A stretch of DNA of 64,000 nucleotides, taken from contig CM041465.1 in the NCBI GenBank assembly GCA_023213395.1, forward strand, positions 179,187,741 through 179,251,740, written 5' to 3'. Both the position numbers and the translations under genes were made by a program. The notes below the pieces were generated by a model that was not told the DNA's origin, did not search any database, and saw nothing but the letters and a program-made list of their open reading frames with translations. Source of the stretch: Cycas panzhihuaensis (taxonomy: Eukaryota; Plantae; Cycadophyta). Each line of letters starts with the position of its first letter. Within the stretch, counting starts at the first letter, position 1. Positions 1-12,733 of this stretch are shown here, one piece after another.

Positions 1-1692
1 AGGATTTTAGCTATCACTTAAGGGATTCAGGGATCAGAGGCCCCTTAGGGAGGGATTTGGAGATGGAAGTTGCTAAGAAATTTTTTTAGGGGTATTATAA
101 ATCTCATTTAACCCATGATTTTGTATTCATTGTATTATAATATGGCTATATCTATATACACTTGTGTAGTGATACATGTAAAAAGGATTGAAAGAAGATT
201 AGGGCTTTAAATAATTGTACTATGTAATTTTTTAATAATTACTCTAAATAATAATATGGTACATCATCATACCAGAATCTCTATGTTGTTTTTGTTGGTG
301 TATTTAGATTATTTCTTTTGCATGGTTATAAGTTTTGTTTTATTGCATTACTTATATGCTATATCTTTTCTTCAAGGTCTTCTTATGTTTAGGCTTTTCA
401 TCGCCTTATTTCCCTAGGTTCTTAAGCTAGTCTCATTCTCATTTTCATAGGATCACATTATTAAAAATTTGTCCATCCTTATGTCCAATATTATCTAATT
501 TACATGTATTTTAATAGGACTTATCAGGTGCATTTTGAGCTATCCCAATTTGACCTAAACCTCATGGTTGTTTTCTTATGGACTTTTTTCTTTTTTTCTT
601 TTTCTGTATTTTACTTTATCTTCATTCATCTTGATTTTATTCATATTCTTACTTTGCCTTATAGCTCATGTTTGGGAATGCAGTGAGATTTATTACAGGA
701 TGTTAATTAGCTTCATTCCCATACTATTTTTTATAAGTGCTTGAGAGCTAATTGTAAATTCCTTTAAAATCAATAAGCAAAGGGCAATTTCATTTATTTC
801 TTTTATTTGTTCTATTTCTTATTTTATTTTGCTTTTTTTTTGCCAATGCTTTCATGGATAACCCTTCTTCTTTCCTCCTTCCATTATGTTCTATATTTCT
901 TAAATATATAACAACATTAGCTTTAGACACATGATAATTAATGCTCCTTTTTTGTTTCTCCCTTATTTGTACTTGGCTAAGGCTATGATGTGTAAACATT
1001 ATCATGTAGGGATAGATGGGAGAATCCTACATTCCACAAAACTAAGCTAGGTTTCAATCCCTCCACATTAATTAACTTTGGCTACCATTAGGGTACCAGG
1101 TTAATCTTCCATCTTGGTCTTTAAAGTTCAAATTCAATCTTGCCTATAATAGAATTTGGCGTCATTGCCACCGTCTTTCAATGCTGAAAGTTAGTTGATA
1201 AAGATCTTTTACATGGTTTTTTCCCTCCCTTTCATACCGCATGCATATTAGTTATTTAACAAGTCAAGTGTTGTCATATTCCTTTTCTTCATCATTTCCC
1301 CTTTAAGTCATTCTTCCCTCATTAGAGTGGACCAAAATCCACACAAAACAAAGTCACTCTTACTTGGCATCCAAAATTTTGTTGGCCAAGCTCAATACAA
1401 AACTAGCTTTCAAAGCAAGCAAATGCTTTTCTACTCAACTAAAGATTAACTTTCAAAGTAAGCTAATGCTTTTCTACAGATAAATCAAATAAAAAAATTA
1501 TCAAACTTGATATTAAGTCTTAAGGGCCACAACGCTCATAATATGACAAGGGTATTAAGAGATTTTCTATTTATTTTATGGCTGATATTTGATATCCCAA
1601 ACAACTTTAATAAATAATGGGTCCCAGACTTGCAAATGCCATAGAGGCAGCACACTTCTATACTTTTCAATTAATTAAAAAAGAAAAAGATC

Positions 1693-1730
1693 GAGAGAGA
1701 GAGAGAGAGAGAGAGGGGGAGAGGGAGGAA
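1693..1730. repeat. (GA)n microsatellite / purine tract upstream of the GDSL gene
   Basis: gagagagagagagagagagagagggggagagggaggaa seen directly. Confidence 0.9.
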
Positions 1731-1978
1731 GAAAATTAATGTGATACACTTTATCAATGAATTCCCCCAAAAATTCCGCCCAGATTTTTATTGGGGGTGA
1801 ATGTCCTGTTCACACGTTGCATTATCCTTTTAATCTCTATCGTCAGCTAATCCGCCGTTCACACACCGTAAATGGTTCACCAAAATCAAAGAAACTTGTC
1901 CCTACCGTATTATCTCTCAATGATTCCCCTACCTACCACGCAAGTCTTCTCGGCGTGTTGTCTGTACATGCGGAGGTG

Positions 1979-2062
1979 CCGAGGTCGAATCCCTTGTAGA
2001 AATCGGTTCATTCATTTGTCCCGAGGTCGAATCCCTCCTAGAAATCGGTTCATCCAACTGTC
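1979..2062. repeat. 42-bp tandem duplication in the GDSL promoter/5'UTR
   Basis: ccgaggtcgaatccct..tagaaatcggttcat.ca..tgtc at 1979-2020 and 2021-2062. Confidence 0.9.
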
Positions 2063-2144
2063 TCATAAATGCAATGCAGTAGGGTCTCGTATTTGAAGTC
2101 CGAAGCACATTCACAGATCAGAATTTTCCGCCTTCGAAGAAGAT

Positions 2145-4056
2145 ATGGGGAGACGACCTCAGGCAGTTACCTTGCTGGGTTTTACGGCATTATTGATGCT
2201 GCCATATGGGCCGCTGGCCGAACCAGAGGGGTCTGAAACCGCGTTCTTCATATTTGGAGATTCGTGCGTTGATCCCGGCAACAATAACTACATTTCTACC
2301 GCACCTGGCTTCCAAGCCAATTATCCTCCCTACGGAAACAATGGCTTTTTCGCAAAACCCACCGGACGCTTCTCCGAAGGGAGGATAATCGTGGACTTCA
2401 TAGGTGAGTCTGAGGCTTCAAAAAATAAATAGATGAAATAAAATTCTATCTATAGAATTGTTTGGTTTGCCCGTGAATAAGCGATAGGTGACTGATTCTG
2501 TATCTGTGTGCGTTTGCCTCCATAAAGCTGAATACGCAGGGCTACCGCTCATTCCACCGTTTTTAGAGCCTAATGCCGATTTCACCAAAGGGGTTAATTT
2601 TGCATCAGGGGGAGCAGGAGTTTTGGCCGAGACAAACGAAGGATATGTGCGTATATTCTGATATATGTGCTGTAATATTGCTTAATTTCTAATTGATGGC
2701 TCCTCGGCCTTTGAATTGTTATTTATTGATTTTCTGGGGCTTCAGGCGGTTGATCTGAAGAAACAGTTGCAGCAATTTGGGGAGGTTCAAGCATTGCTAA
2801 CGGAAAAGCTTGGTTCTGTCAGAGCAGAGAGACTGTTTGCAGAAGCAGTGTATTTCATAAGCATTGGCAGCAATGATTATATGGGAGGCTACCTCGATAA
2901 CCCCGCAATGCAGGAACTGTATACTCCTGAGGAGTATGTTGGAATGGTCGTTACTAACTTGACCAATGCAATTCAGGTAAGATGATCTTAGTCTATCATT
3001 ATCCCAAAGTCGCTGAAAACTAGCCCTAAAAGTGGTTAATCTAACGGTTTAGGTGCTCTCCAACGCTCTGGGGGATCATTGCAACCGTGAGATGGCTCAA
3101 TCCTTGCACTCGTGCATGTTAGTTTTTATCGTTAATACGCCGCTCTCCAAGAATTCTGGACATGGCGTTGGATGCTATAGAACGTACTTACCTCTATTAT
3201 TTTGTCCACGTTCCATTTAAATTCCAACATCCAAGGGCTATGGGGTTTCTCAGGTCTATTCTCTGCAATTGAATCTTGGTTTCCAATGAATCCAAGCGCC
3301 TATCAAAGGTGCTGGAAGTAATAAATAAAATATATCATTCAACGAGAGGATGTAACCCGTTGTCCGATGGTCGTATGGCAGACTCTGTACTCGAAAGGGG
3401 CGAGAAAATTTGGGAATTTAGGACTTTCCCCGTTGGGATGTTTACCGATTATCAGAGCAATGGCGAACGATCCAAATGGAGGGTGTCTGGAAGCAGCTTC
3501 TGCTCTGAGCAGAGCACACAATGCTGCTGTGTCCGGGGTACTCAAGGGGCTTTCATCTGTTCTGCCAGGCTTCGAATTTGCCGATTCCAATTTCTACGAT
3601 TTTCTGAACGATCGGATGAATCACCCATCCACATACGGTCTGTAACTTGCTCTCTTTTCTCATCTGACGGCATCATAATTCAAATATCTTATTATTCCGC
3701 GTTATTTACTGAATTAGTATCGTGGTCGGTTTGATTCCAAAGGATTCAAGGAGGCTGTGAAGGCGTGCTGCGGTAGCGGTACCTATGGAGGAATATATAG
3801 CTGCGGAGGGAGGAGGGAGGTGAAGGAATACGAGCTGTGTGAAGATCCAAAGGAGTATATATGGTGGGATTCGTACCATCCAACGCAGCGCATTCACCAA
3901 CAATTTGCAGAGGCAATTTGGGGGGGATCCAATGAAATTGTTCAACCCGCCAATCTCAGTAAACTCTTCCGATATGACCAACCCATTACTCTTGGAGATG
4001 CAGCTGATGAGGTCCAAGATATTGGGGCTGCGAATACGGGTTTTGCACTGGTATAA
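2145..4056 (+). CDS. GDSL esterase/lipase (SGNH hydrolase, GLIP-like), 5 exons: 2145-2403, 2528-2646, 2746-2976, 3382-3637, 3743-4056; 392 aa
   Basis: Block [35 protein letters not shown], block [22 protein letters not shown] and catalytic WWDSYHPT. All four introns are GT..AG, and the exons sum to 1179 nt in frame. Hydrophobic N-terminus is signal-peptide-like. Confidence 0.95.
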
Positions 4057-4892
4057 CAGCAGGCTTCAAAACGAAACCAATTGATGTCACCCGAAATATT
4101 GGTATTGTTACTGTTGATCAGTGTGAGGAACATGGTTTGGCTAGCGCTTTGAGTCATCATCCAATACAATCATAGTTTAAATGAATTTGTTATTAGCAAA
4201 TGTTACTGTAAGTATTCTTTAACGTATTGCAAACAGTTTTAATAAGAAGAAAAGAATACTGAGCTTTGGTTAATTCATAACTATAGGGTACGTTACAATA
4301 CTTGTGTAATGTTATTGTTGTTAGGTTACATCAATAATAAATGTGTAGTATAGGAGGTGGTATAATTACTAATTACTAATGTACTAAAACCTAGGGCTTT
4401 ATCTTATATAACTAGTAATTGGATCCATCATTCTTTATGACATAGATTATAAGTGTCCTAAAACTAGGTGTCTTATTATATAGTCTTATAGATTATGTAT
4501 CTTTTTCATCCTTAAAAAGGAGAATATTTTTATTCTATTTTGGGAAGAGAGGAACACATTCAAAGAAAGGAGAAATGAGAGAGTTATTAGGGATGGATTG
4601 TATACAGAGTGAGATCTAGTAGAGGTATGTTGGTAGGTGACACTCATATCTACATTACTAATTTCTTTTATTTTAGTTATAGTGAAATTTATACTATTGG
4701 TAAGGTTATGTTATTATCATATGTAGAGACTTCCCTAGAAGGGATTATGAACATACCAATTGCTTTTGTGCTCAATATACAAAAACTTCTTCTATGGTAA
4801 AAATACATATATATGTTGTGTGGTATACAACAATGACTTGGTTTGGGACCATGTATTGATTTTATATATTAATGGTTTAGTCTATGACTATA

Positions 4893-5368
4893 TGATAGAA
4901 GAATTAATGATTGAATTTATTAATTTATTGATGATTAATTGTATTGCATTTTTGTAATGTGTTGTAAATGATTTATATTAAAGACATTGTTGTCGTAAAT
5001 GGGTTAAGTGATAACTTAATATTATGAACCTAGGTGTGTGGGAGTACTTTTGCTTTCAATCTTAAAATATTATAAATGTGGTTTAATCATGCAAGGTAAC
5101 AACTATCACCTTGCATGATCTTATGTTTATTATTCTTCAAGTTTATTATCATTGCCTCTTGTGTTGCATATGTGAGGCTCTTGTATGTAAATATATTATA
5201 TAAATGTATCTTCATGAAAAATTAATGCAATTATGATTACTTTTGGAGCTATTAAGTAATTCATCACATCCTTTATTAAAATGTTTATTGAATGTGTTAT
5301 TCAATATATTATGCATATGAGTGATATTAGAACCTAGATCTAAACTAGGCCTAATCCTTCGTCTTTCA
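4893..5368 (+). repeat. 5' LTR of element A
   Basis: TGATAGAAG...TTTCA, followed by the PBS; homologous to 11852-12309. Confidence 0.9.
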
Positions 5369-6784
5369 CTTGGTATCAGAGCTACTTTTAGATCCAACTT
5401 TCAAAACACTTTCAAAGACATAACTGCTATCACAAATTACATCAGCTAGTTGATCAGAACCAACTTTCAAAGCTATAGATTTAGCCTTAGTTTTATTTAT
5501 CCTTTGCCCTTGTTACTCAGTTGATCACTCAAAGATTTTATATCTCAAAGCTTCTTAGTTTTTATTAATGTATATTTCCCAACAAGAAAGATTTGTCATT
5601 AATCATGCATCTTTTACAACCCTAAGCATTTTCCAACTTGGAAGGATCTTTTAATGCCTGCGTGCCTTTTTAGTATAAGCCAATTGATAAATGAAAAATG
5701 CTTATGTTGTATGAAGCCTCTTGACAAGACCCTAAAAATACTTGGCATTAACAACTCATAATTGTTAGACATTGTTACAACTCACCATTATAGTCTTAGA
5801 ATTGTTTGGAACTCTATGTTTTTTAGTTTGCATTAAGCTCCTTAACTTTGTTATAGTTGATCAATGTGTCTTTGAGCCTTTGAGACCATATTGTAGATCT
5901 GACAAGGAACATCAAACCCAATTATCACTACATGATGATTTCAATATATTTTTCTTACCTATTTGTAGCTCTTTGTGTCAATTCAAGTTTGAACTTGCAT
6001 CTGCAGCTCCCATGTGTGTTTGCATACTCCATCGATGTTCTTTTTGGCTCCTCAAGCAACTACAATCAAACAGAGCTACTAATTATCTACTACCATTTTT
6101 TTGGTGCTTGCGTAAACTATATCACGCCTTTTTTTATGACTCCTTTGTATACCTTATCTCTTCACTTTATGTTGCCCTTCTCTCGACTTCTCACTATAGC
6201 CACGATAACTCCTAAGATTATTACATGTTAGTAACTAGATCTTATTGATAATAGAGGCAAATAGAGGTAAAAAGTAGAGTTTTATTATTTTGAATTTGAT
6301 TGATCTAATAACAGTAGGGGATTTGGGCAAAATTGTGCACTTCAACTTATTCTAATTTATTGGTAGGCTGATGAAACTATGACATATGACTACTCAAACT
6401 GATCTTGGCTATGACATCTTCTTATTGGAAGAATTAATTTAAGATTCTGCAACCTCGGTAAAGAGATTTAACCCTTTGTATGTAACCTATTTCGTCATTT
6501 TTTAAAATCTTATCATTTCATTTTATTTTTTATAAAATTTAAAAACTTTAGGATATAAAAATTAGCATATTCATAGAATATTTTATTTGTGATAAAGGTC
6601 CCTAATCTAAAGTTAATCTTTTTATCCTTTTTAATCATTTTTAAAGCTTTTTAGGCCTATTTTTTAATCATTTTTAAGTAACGTTTTAGTATTTTTAAGG
6701 TTTTTTTCATGTTTTTACTGCTTAAAACATAAATTTTAATATTTTAATGATTAAAAAATTCTATAAAAAATTAAAACATTAAAA

Positions 6785-7250
6785 AAGATAAATACCTAAA
6801 TTGAACAATCGATTACTAGCCTTACAAGAGGAATAGATATGACTCTTAAAGTTACCACTCTACACATACTAGTGGTCTTTCTTAAATTCTATGGATATTA
6901 GAGAAAGCCATTAACTATCAGGTGTATTAAGTAGTAGGATAAGGTATTATACCTCAAAACCTTGGAGTTTGGAGACCAGGCTAAACTTGAAGAGGTGAGC
7001 GCCTTGGTTGTTAAGTGTGTCCTTAGACGAGGATCTGTCATTCAAACCATAAATCTAGCACAAATGGATCAACGATATTGGGAGACGCAACAGAACTTTC
7101 TATAGTGCCTGTGTGTCTTTAGGTATATTGGGTCCCTTAGCTGCCACTTATCAGTAGTTATGCCATCAGATAGAACTATCTCAACTACCAAGGGTTATTA
7201 AGAATAGAGACACTAAGACATAGATCCTAGTTTAACATACCCTTTTAGGT
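6785..7250 (+). ncRNA. Candidate conserved structured RNA in the Copia 5' leader, older decayed copy (function unknown)
   Basis: Colinear blocks shared with 38510-38976 (aattgaac, aagttaccac, agccatt, ctatcaggtgtat, gtttggagacca, gatctgtc, cataaatc, ggtata, gggtccc); ends ~25 nt before the gag remnant. Confidence 0.6.
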
Positions 7251-7275
7251 AGATAGAGTATATATTTCAGACATC

Positions 7276-10200
7276 ATGACACTTTAAATGATTATAGTTA
7301 ATGTAATTAAACTTTCTGGCAGTGATAATTTCTTGGCTTAGAAGAAATAAGTCAAGAACATATTAATAATAAATAAACTTTGGCCTTATGTTTATAGAAA
7401 AATTCCTATTCCAATTGCCACTAAAGGCCCTTATGATCCTAAGAATCTCATTCCTCCTAATCTTGATGTTGCAACATCCTTTTAAGAGGATGAAGAAGTT
7501 GCATTTTCCTTTTTGTACTTATCCTATGAAGATAGTATTGATTAGAACATTAAACAAGCCCTTACCTCTCCTAATGCTTGGAATATCATTTGTGCACTCT
7601 ATGAGAGGAAGAATAATACTGTTGAGAATATAAGGTCCCAAACCTTAAGCCACCATAAGATCTAAACTATTTTGCAACTAGTCACAGGAATCAAAACTAA
7701 GATTTAACATGCAAGTTCTAAAATTAGAGACAATATAACAACATCAATATACAAACTAAACATCACATATGCACATGATATAACGTGGTAAAACCCTAGT
7801 AGTGTACTAGGGAAACATCCACATAGGAAATGTATCGATCTTTATTGCTGTAGAATGAAAAAATAGTACATCTTAGTAGCAGAGTGCTCTCAGGAACAAC
7901 AACCAGTCGTCGCCCTCATCACAGTATATTACATTACATTACAACATAATAAGAAAAACCCTAAAACGAACTACATGAGAGGGACATCCAAGGCATGAAT
8001 CTCAACCGTAGAATCTAGGGTATTTGTATCGAATGACTCTGATTCTCTTTACATTTTAATAAGGTTTACAGGGCTAATTTTTTTGGTCGGAGGCTATCGC
8101 TCTCAAACCCCCTCTTAGAGGGGGGCGTTCCATGCCCCCCCGCACCCCTCGTCCAAGGGGGGCTCCCGCCAACCTTGGAATCCCCCAAGAAAGATTAGGG
8201 GGGGAAACCGCACTGAAAACATGCTAAAATTTTAGCCTTAAATGATTGTTGTCACAATCATTTAAGGCTAATACTCTGTGAGAGGAAGGATAATACTGGG
8301 AAAGTGATGCTTAAAGCCTAACTTTACTCCATTCCATTTGTAGGATCTATAATAACTTATTTATCCTAAATCAACGTGATTAAGAATCAGTTAACGGTGA
8401 TGGGTCAGCCACCAGATAACAATGATCTCATATCCTATATAATTAATATCTTGCCATCTAGATATAATTACCTTATATTTAATTTGTCACATATAGATCA
8501 ACTTGTCACTATTGACTTTAATACATTTGAGGATCTATTACTCCAAGAAGAATGTATTCAAAATTGATAAGGGAATCTAGGTGCTTTCTCTTCTATATCA
8601 GCATTTATAACCTATCATAGAGGAAGACAATAATGTTGATAATTAACCCATAATTCTAGTTTAATGAATTTGAACTAGCAACCACACCAACAACGATATC
8701 AATCGTATTATCCTTAACCACCATACAATCCTCAGGTTGTTTGTCATTATTGTAGTAAACCCAAATATATAACACCTAATTGTAGAAAAAGACAAGATAA
8801 CCTTCAACAATGATAGTTTTGAAATTGCCCTACTATGTAGGGTAATAAGAATCATGGATACAAAAATTATTAGGGATCACAAAAGTAAAATTAACCTAAT
8901 TATTTAGGATTAAGGAGATAAAATCAAAATACTCCATATGACAACTAAAAGAATAGGAATCATAACTAGAGACAGAATCAAGAAGGCCACATGGCCAACT
9001 CTCAAAATCTCTTCTTTGCTACTTTAATAATTCAATATTCTAACATATATTGGTTGATCAATTTGGGTGTTTCTTGGTATATGACTGGTTCAAAAGAACT
9101 TCTCACAGATATAAGACTAATTTAGGATCAATCAATCACTTTTGGAGATGATATTATTCCAGAGGTTACCAAGATTGGCAATGTTCCTAGTTTATTGAAA
9201 AATTCAGATACCCTACATCATCTTAATAATATTTTCTAAGTACCTAATATGACATGTAACCTACTATCTATTAGCTAGAAAAATAAATAAAACTTTGATG
9301 TTTCATTTAGTCTTCTTTGAAAATACCTGATTACTGATCTAAATGGCAGCCTAATTACCTAAGGAATCAAAGATTAGAGACTATACAAGATTGATGCTAT
9401 AACAAAATCTTTAATCTAGTCACATGAATTTAGTTCTTGTAGTAATTCAACTTCCACTTCTAATCCTTCTACTTCAACCTTATATTCAGATGAGCAATTT
9501 GCTTCAAAAGCATTTATTTTTTAAAGACTTCCAAAAGACTAGTTATGACATCAATGTCTAGGTTATTTGAACATGAGCAATCATCATCTACTTTATAAAT
9601 TGAATATGGTGCATAGCATATTGAATATAAAGCAGACTAAATGTATTTATAAAGTTTGTGTTATGGGCAAATATCATTGGGCTCAATTTAGGTTAGATGG
9701 AAGAGCTTGACATGCCAATGAACCTTTAGGCCTAGTACATTCAAATATCTATGGGCCCATGTCACAAGCATATTTTGGAGGCTATCATTATTTCATTACA
9801 TTTATTAATGATTATTCGAAAGAAGTGTGGGTCTATTTTTGGAAGTAGAAATCATAAGTCTTTGATAAGTTTAAAGAATTTAAGCATGGTGTTGAATTAG
9901 AATCTAGAAAGCCACTTAAAATCCTTCGTTATAATAATAAAGGTAAATATACATCAAATGAATTCACTAAATTTTGTAAGGATAATAGCATCAAATGGTA
10001 ATTTTACCCCCTATACATACCTCAGTAAAATAAAGTTATTGCAAGAATGAATTGCATGCTTGCTGCTAAGAATTTAGGACTTCAATTCTGGGTTGAATCC
10101 CTCTATACAACCATTTATCTCACAAGCAGAAGCCCAACTAATATAGTATTGAACATTACTCTCGAGAAGGGCTAGTCAAGTCAAATAAACACTTTTGGTT

Positions 10201-11845
10201 GTACAACATATATGCTTATACCGAAAGAACAAAAGAAAATGTTGAACAATAAAAACAAGAAATATATCTTTATTAGTTATTAACCTAGCTATAAAGTATA
10301 CAAATTATATAATCCTACTACCAAGCAAATGTATACATATTAGGATATTATTTTTTTAGAAGAGAACTAAGATTTAGATGTTACACAAATTTCATTCTTT
10401 GATGATCAGTTTGAAAATGTACCAACTACTCCTCCTACTCCTTAAAATATTCCTACATAATAAATATCTACTGCATCAATATATACCCCTAGTATATAAT
10501 CTATACCACCTATCTTGACATCTACATTTACTCTGGTGTTGACTATGATGATATATTTGCACCAGTAGCTAACATGACCACTATCAGGCTTATTTTGGCA
10601 CTTATAACTCAATTCAATTGGCCTATTTATTATATGGATGTAAAAGATACCTTCTTAAATAATAATTTTTAAAAGGAAAAATATTTAAATCAAGCTCCTA
10701 ACTTTGTTATTTGAGGAAGAGAACACCTAGTCTGTAAGTTAAAAAAATCCTTGTATAGACTTAAGTAATTACTTCGTGCCTATTATGTGAAAATTGATGA
10801 ATATTTTTAAAAGCATAGACTCATTTGCTCATCTTTAGATCTAAATCTATATATTAGAATTTATAATAGTTTGATCACTCTAATTGTAATTAATGTTGAT
10901 AATTTATTGATAATTGGTAATAACACAAAGTGGATTATATGTCTTCAAGGAGAATTGAAAAATAACTTTGAGATAACTGACCTTAAGTTCTTTTGCTATT
11001 TTTTAACATAGAAGTCTAGTAGGAGTTAGGCCATATCTTCCTCTTTTAGTTTAAATATACAAAAGAGATTCTTTAGAAATTCAAGATGGAATAATATAAA
11101 CCATCCCCAATTCCTATGGAGATAAGTCTAAAATTGAATATTGATGGGTATGGAAAGCCTTTGGATCCTACATTATATAGGCAACTTATGAGGAAATTGA
11201 TTTACCTCACTCATACTCAACCTAACATTACATATGCCATTGGGATCTGTTCAAGATTCATGATACAGCCTAAGACTTCACATTAAAAAGAAGCAATAAG
11301 GATCTTGAGATATCTTTAGGGTACTCTAGTTTGGACTTGATTATTATCATATGAATAATTCTTTATTGACAGGGTATACAAATGTAAATTGGGTTAGATG
11401 TAAAGATAGTCATAGATCAACTTCAAGTTATTGTTTTAACCTAAGTTCTACTTCAGTTTTATGGTGTTATAAAAAGCAGCATAATATCACTTAATCTTCA
11501 ACTAAAGCTGAGTATAAAGACGTCGTTAGTGCAACTACTGAGGCTATCTAGCTTAAAAGGATTTTTAAAGAGCTTAGAATTAATTAGATACAAGCTACAT
11601 TACTATTCTAAAATAATCAAAGTATTCTTAAATTGACTAAGAACCCTCTGTTCCTTGCTAGAACCAAACACGTTAAGGTTCCCCATCACTTTATTAGGGA
11701 GCATGTACATGATGGTGAAATAGATTTGGTCTACAAGCCTACCAATAATTAAATAGTTGATATCTTCATAAAAGAACATTCTCGTGATAAATTTGAAAGA
11801 TTTGGAATTGACCTTGGTGTCAAAATTAATGAACTCATCATTAAG
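7276..11845 (+). pseudogene. Copia gag-pol pseudogene of element A
   Basis: KLSGSDNFLA* gag start; protease-like site ~9050; integrase LVHSNIYGPM/YFITFINDY 9730-9820; RT GVDYDDIFAPVA ~10535 (RT N-terminus appears deleted); RNase H ARTKHVKVPHHFIRE ~11660; many stops. Confidence 0.85.
7622..8272. mobile_element. ~650-bp LTR-like fragment inserted in gag of A, flanked by a 26-bp duplication and ending in a perfect 18-bp hairpin
   Basis: actct(a/g)tgagaggaag(a/g)ataatactg at 7596-7621 and 8273-8298; ttagccttaaatgattgt-tgtc-acaatcatttaaggctaa at 8232-8271. Confidence 0.7.
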
Positions 11846-11851
11846 AGGAGA

Positions 11852-12309
11852 TGATAGAAGAATTAATGATTAAGTTTATTAGTTTATTAATGATTAATTA
11901 TATCACACTTTTGTAATATTTTATAAATAACTTATATTGAGGGTATTATTATCATAAATAGGTTAAGTCACAACTCAATGTTATTAAATTTTACTCTTAA
12001 TATTAAAATATTATAAATATGATTTAATCATATAAGGTACTAACTGTCACCTTGCATGATCTTATATTTATTATTATTTAAGTTCATTGTAACTATCTCT
12101 TTTGTTACATATTCAAGGCTCTTGTATATAAATATATTATATAAATATATCGTCATGAGAGATTAATACAATTATGATTACTTTTGGAGCATTTGAGTAA
12201 TTCATTGTCTCCTTTATTGAAATGCTTATTGAATGTATTATTCAATGTATTATACATGTAAGTGAGATTAGAACCAAGGTCTAGACCATACCTAATTCTC
12301 CCTCTTTTA
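11852..12309 (+). repeat. 3' LTR of element A
   Basis: Follows the PPT; colinear with 4893-5368, differing mostly by transitions. Confidence 0.9.
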
Positions 12310-12733
12310 CCATACATCAATAATCTATGATAATAACTTAATATGAAATTATGCATTATTGATTTGTTTTAGGACCATGTGTATGAGCTACTATTAGTTT
12401 TAGTCTTGATATATTAGTATGGGAAGAAACTAAATGCAATGAAATACTATTAAATAAACCTTAAAGTTTTTATATTAAGCCATAGTTTAATTGATAGTAG
12501 TGAGCTAGTGGTTTTGAGATGTTGAATTAGGAGTTGGATCATCAATGAAGAGTCGAAATAAATTACCTTAACATTCATATCATGTGCGTCATCTTAGGGA
12601 CAGGTTCTTATATAGAGTTTTTAAATGGTTATGGGGTGAATACCTTTAAGTAATTAAATTTTTTCCACTTAAAGATAAGTTTACTCTCTCTTGATCATAT
12701 TTAAATATTCTATAAAAGTTATAAATTAAATAT

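Larger units (their letters stand above)
4893..12309 (+). mobile_element. Element A: degenerate full-length Ty1/Copia LTR retrotransposon
   Basis: LTRs 4893-5368 and 11852-12309, PBS tggtatcagagc (tRNA-iMet) 5371-5382, PPT aagaggaga 11843-11851, near-TSD ctata/ccata. Decayed gag-PR-IN-RT-RH in Copia order. Confidence 0.92.

Noticed and set aside
1-1300. Probable TE-derived sequence at the window start
   Set aside because: No termini, PBS/PPT or coding motifs identifiable
3276-4169. Alternative-frame and antisense ORFs over the GDSL exons
   Set aside because: Shadows of the real spliced CDS
6368-6374. CTGATGA hammerhead-core-like motifs (also 4004, 31335, 44172)
   Set aside because: No correctly placed stem II + GAAA; two lie in coding-derived sequence
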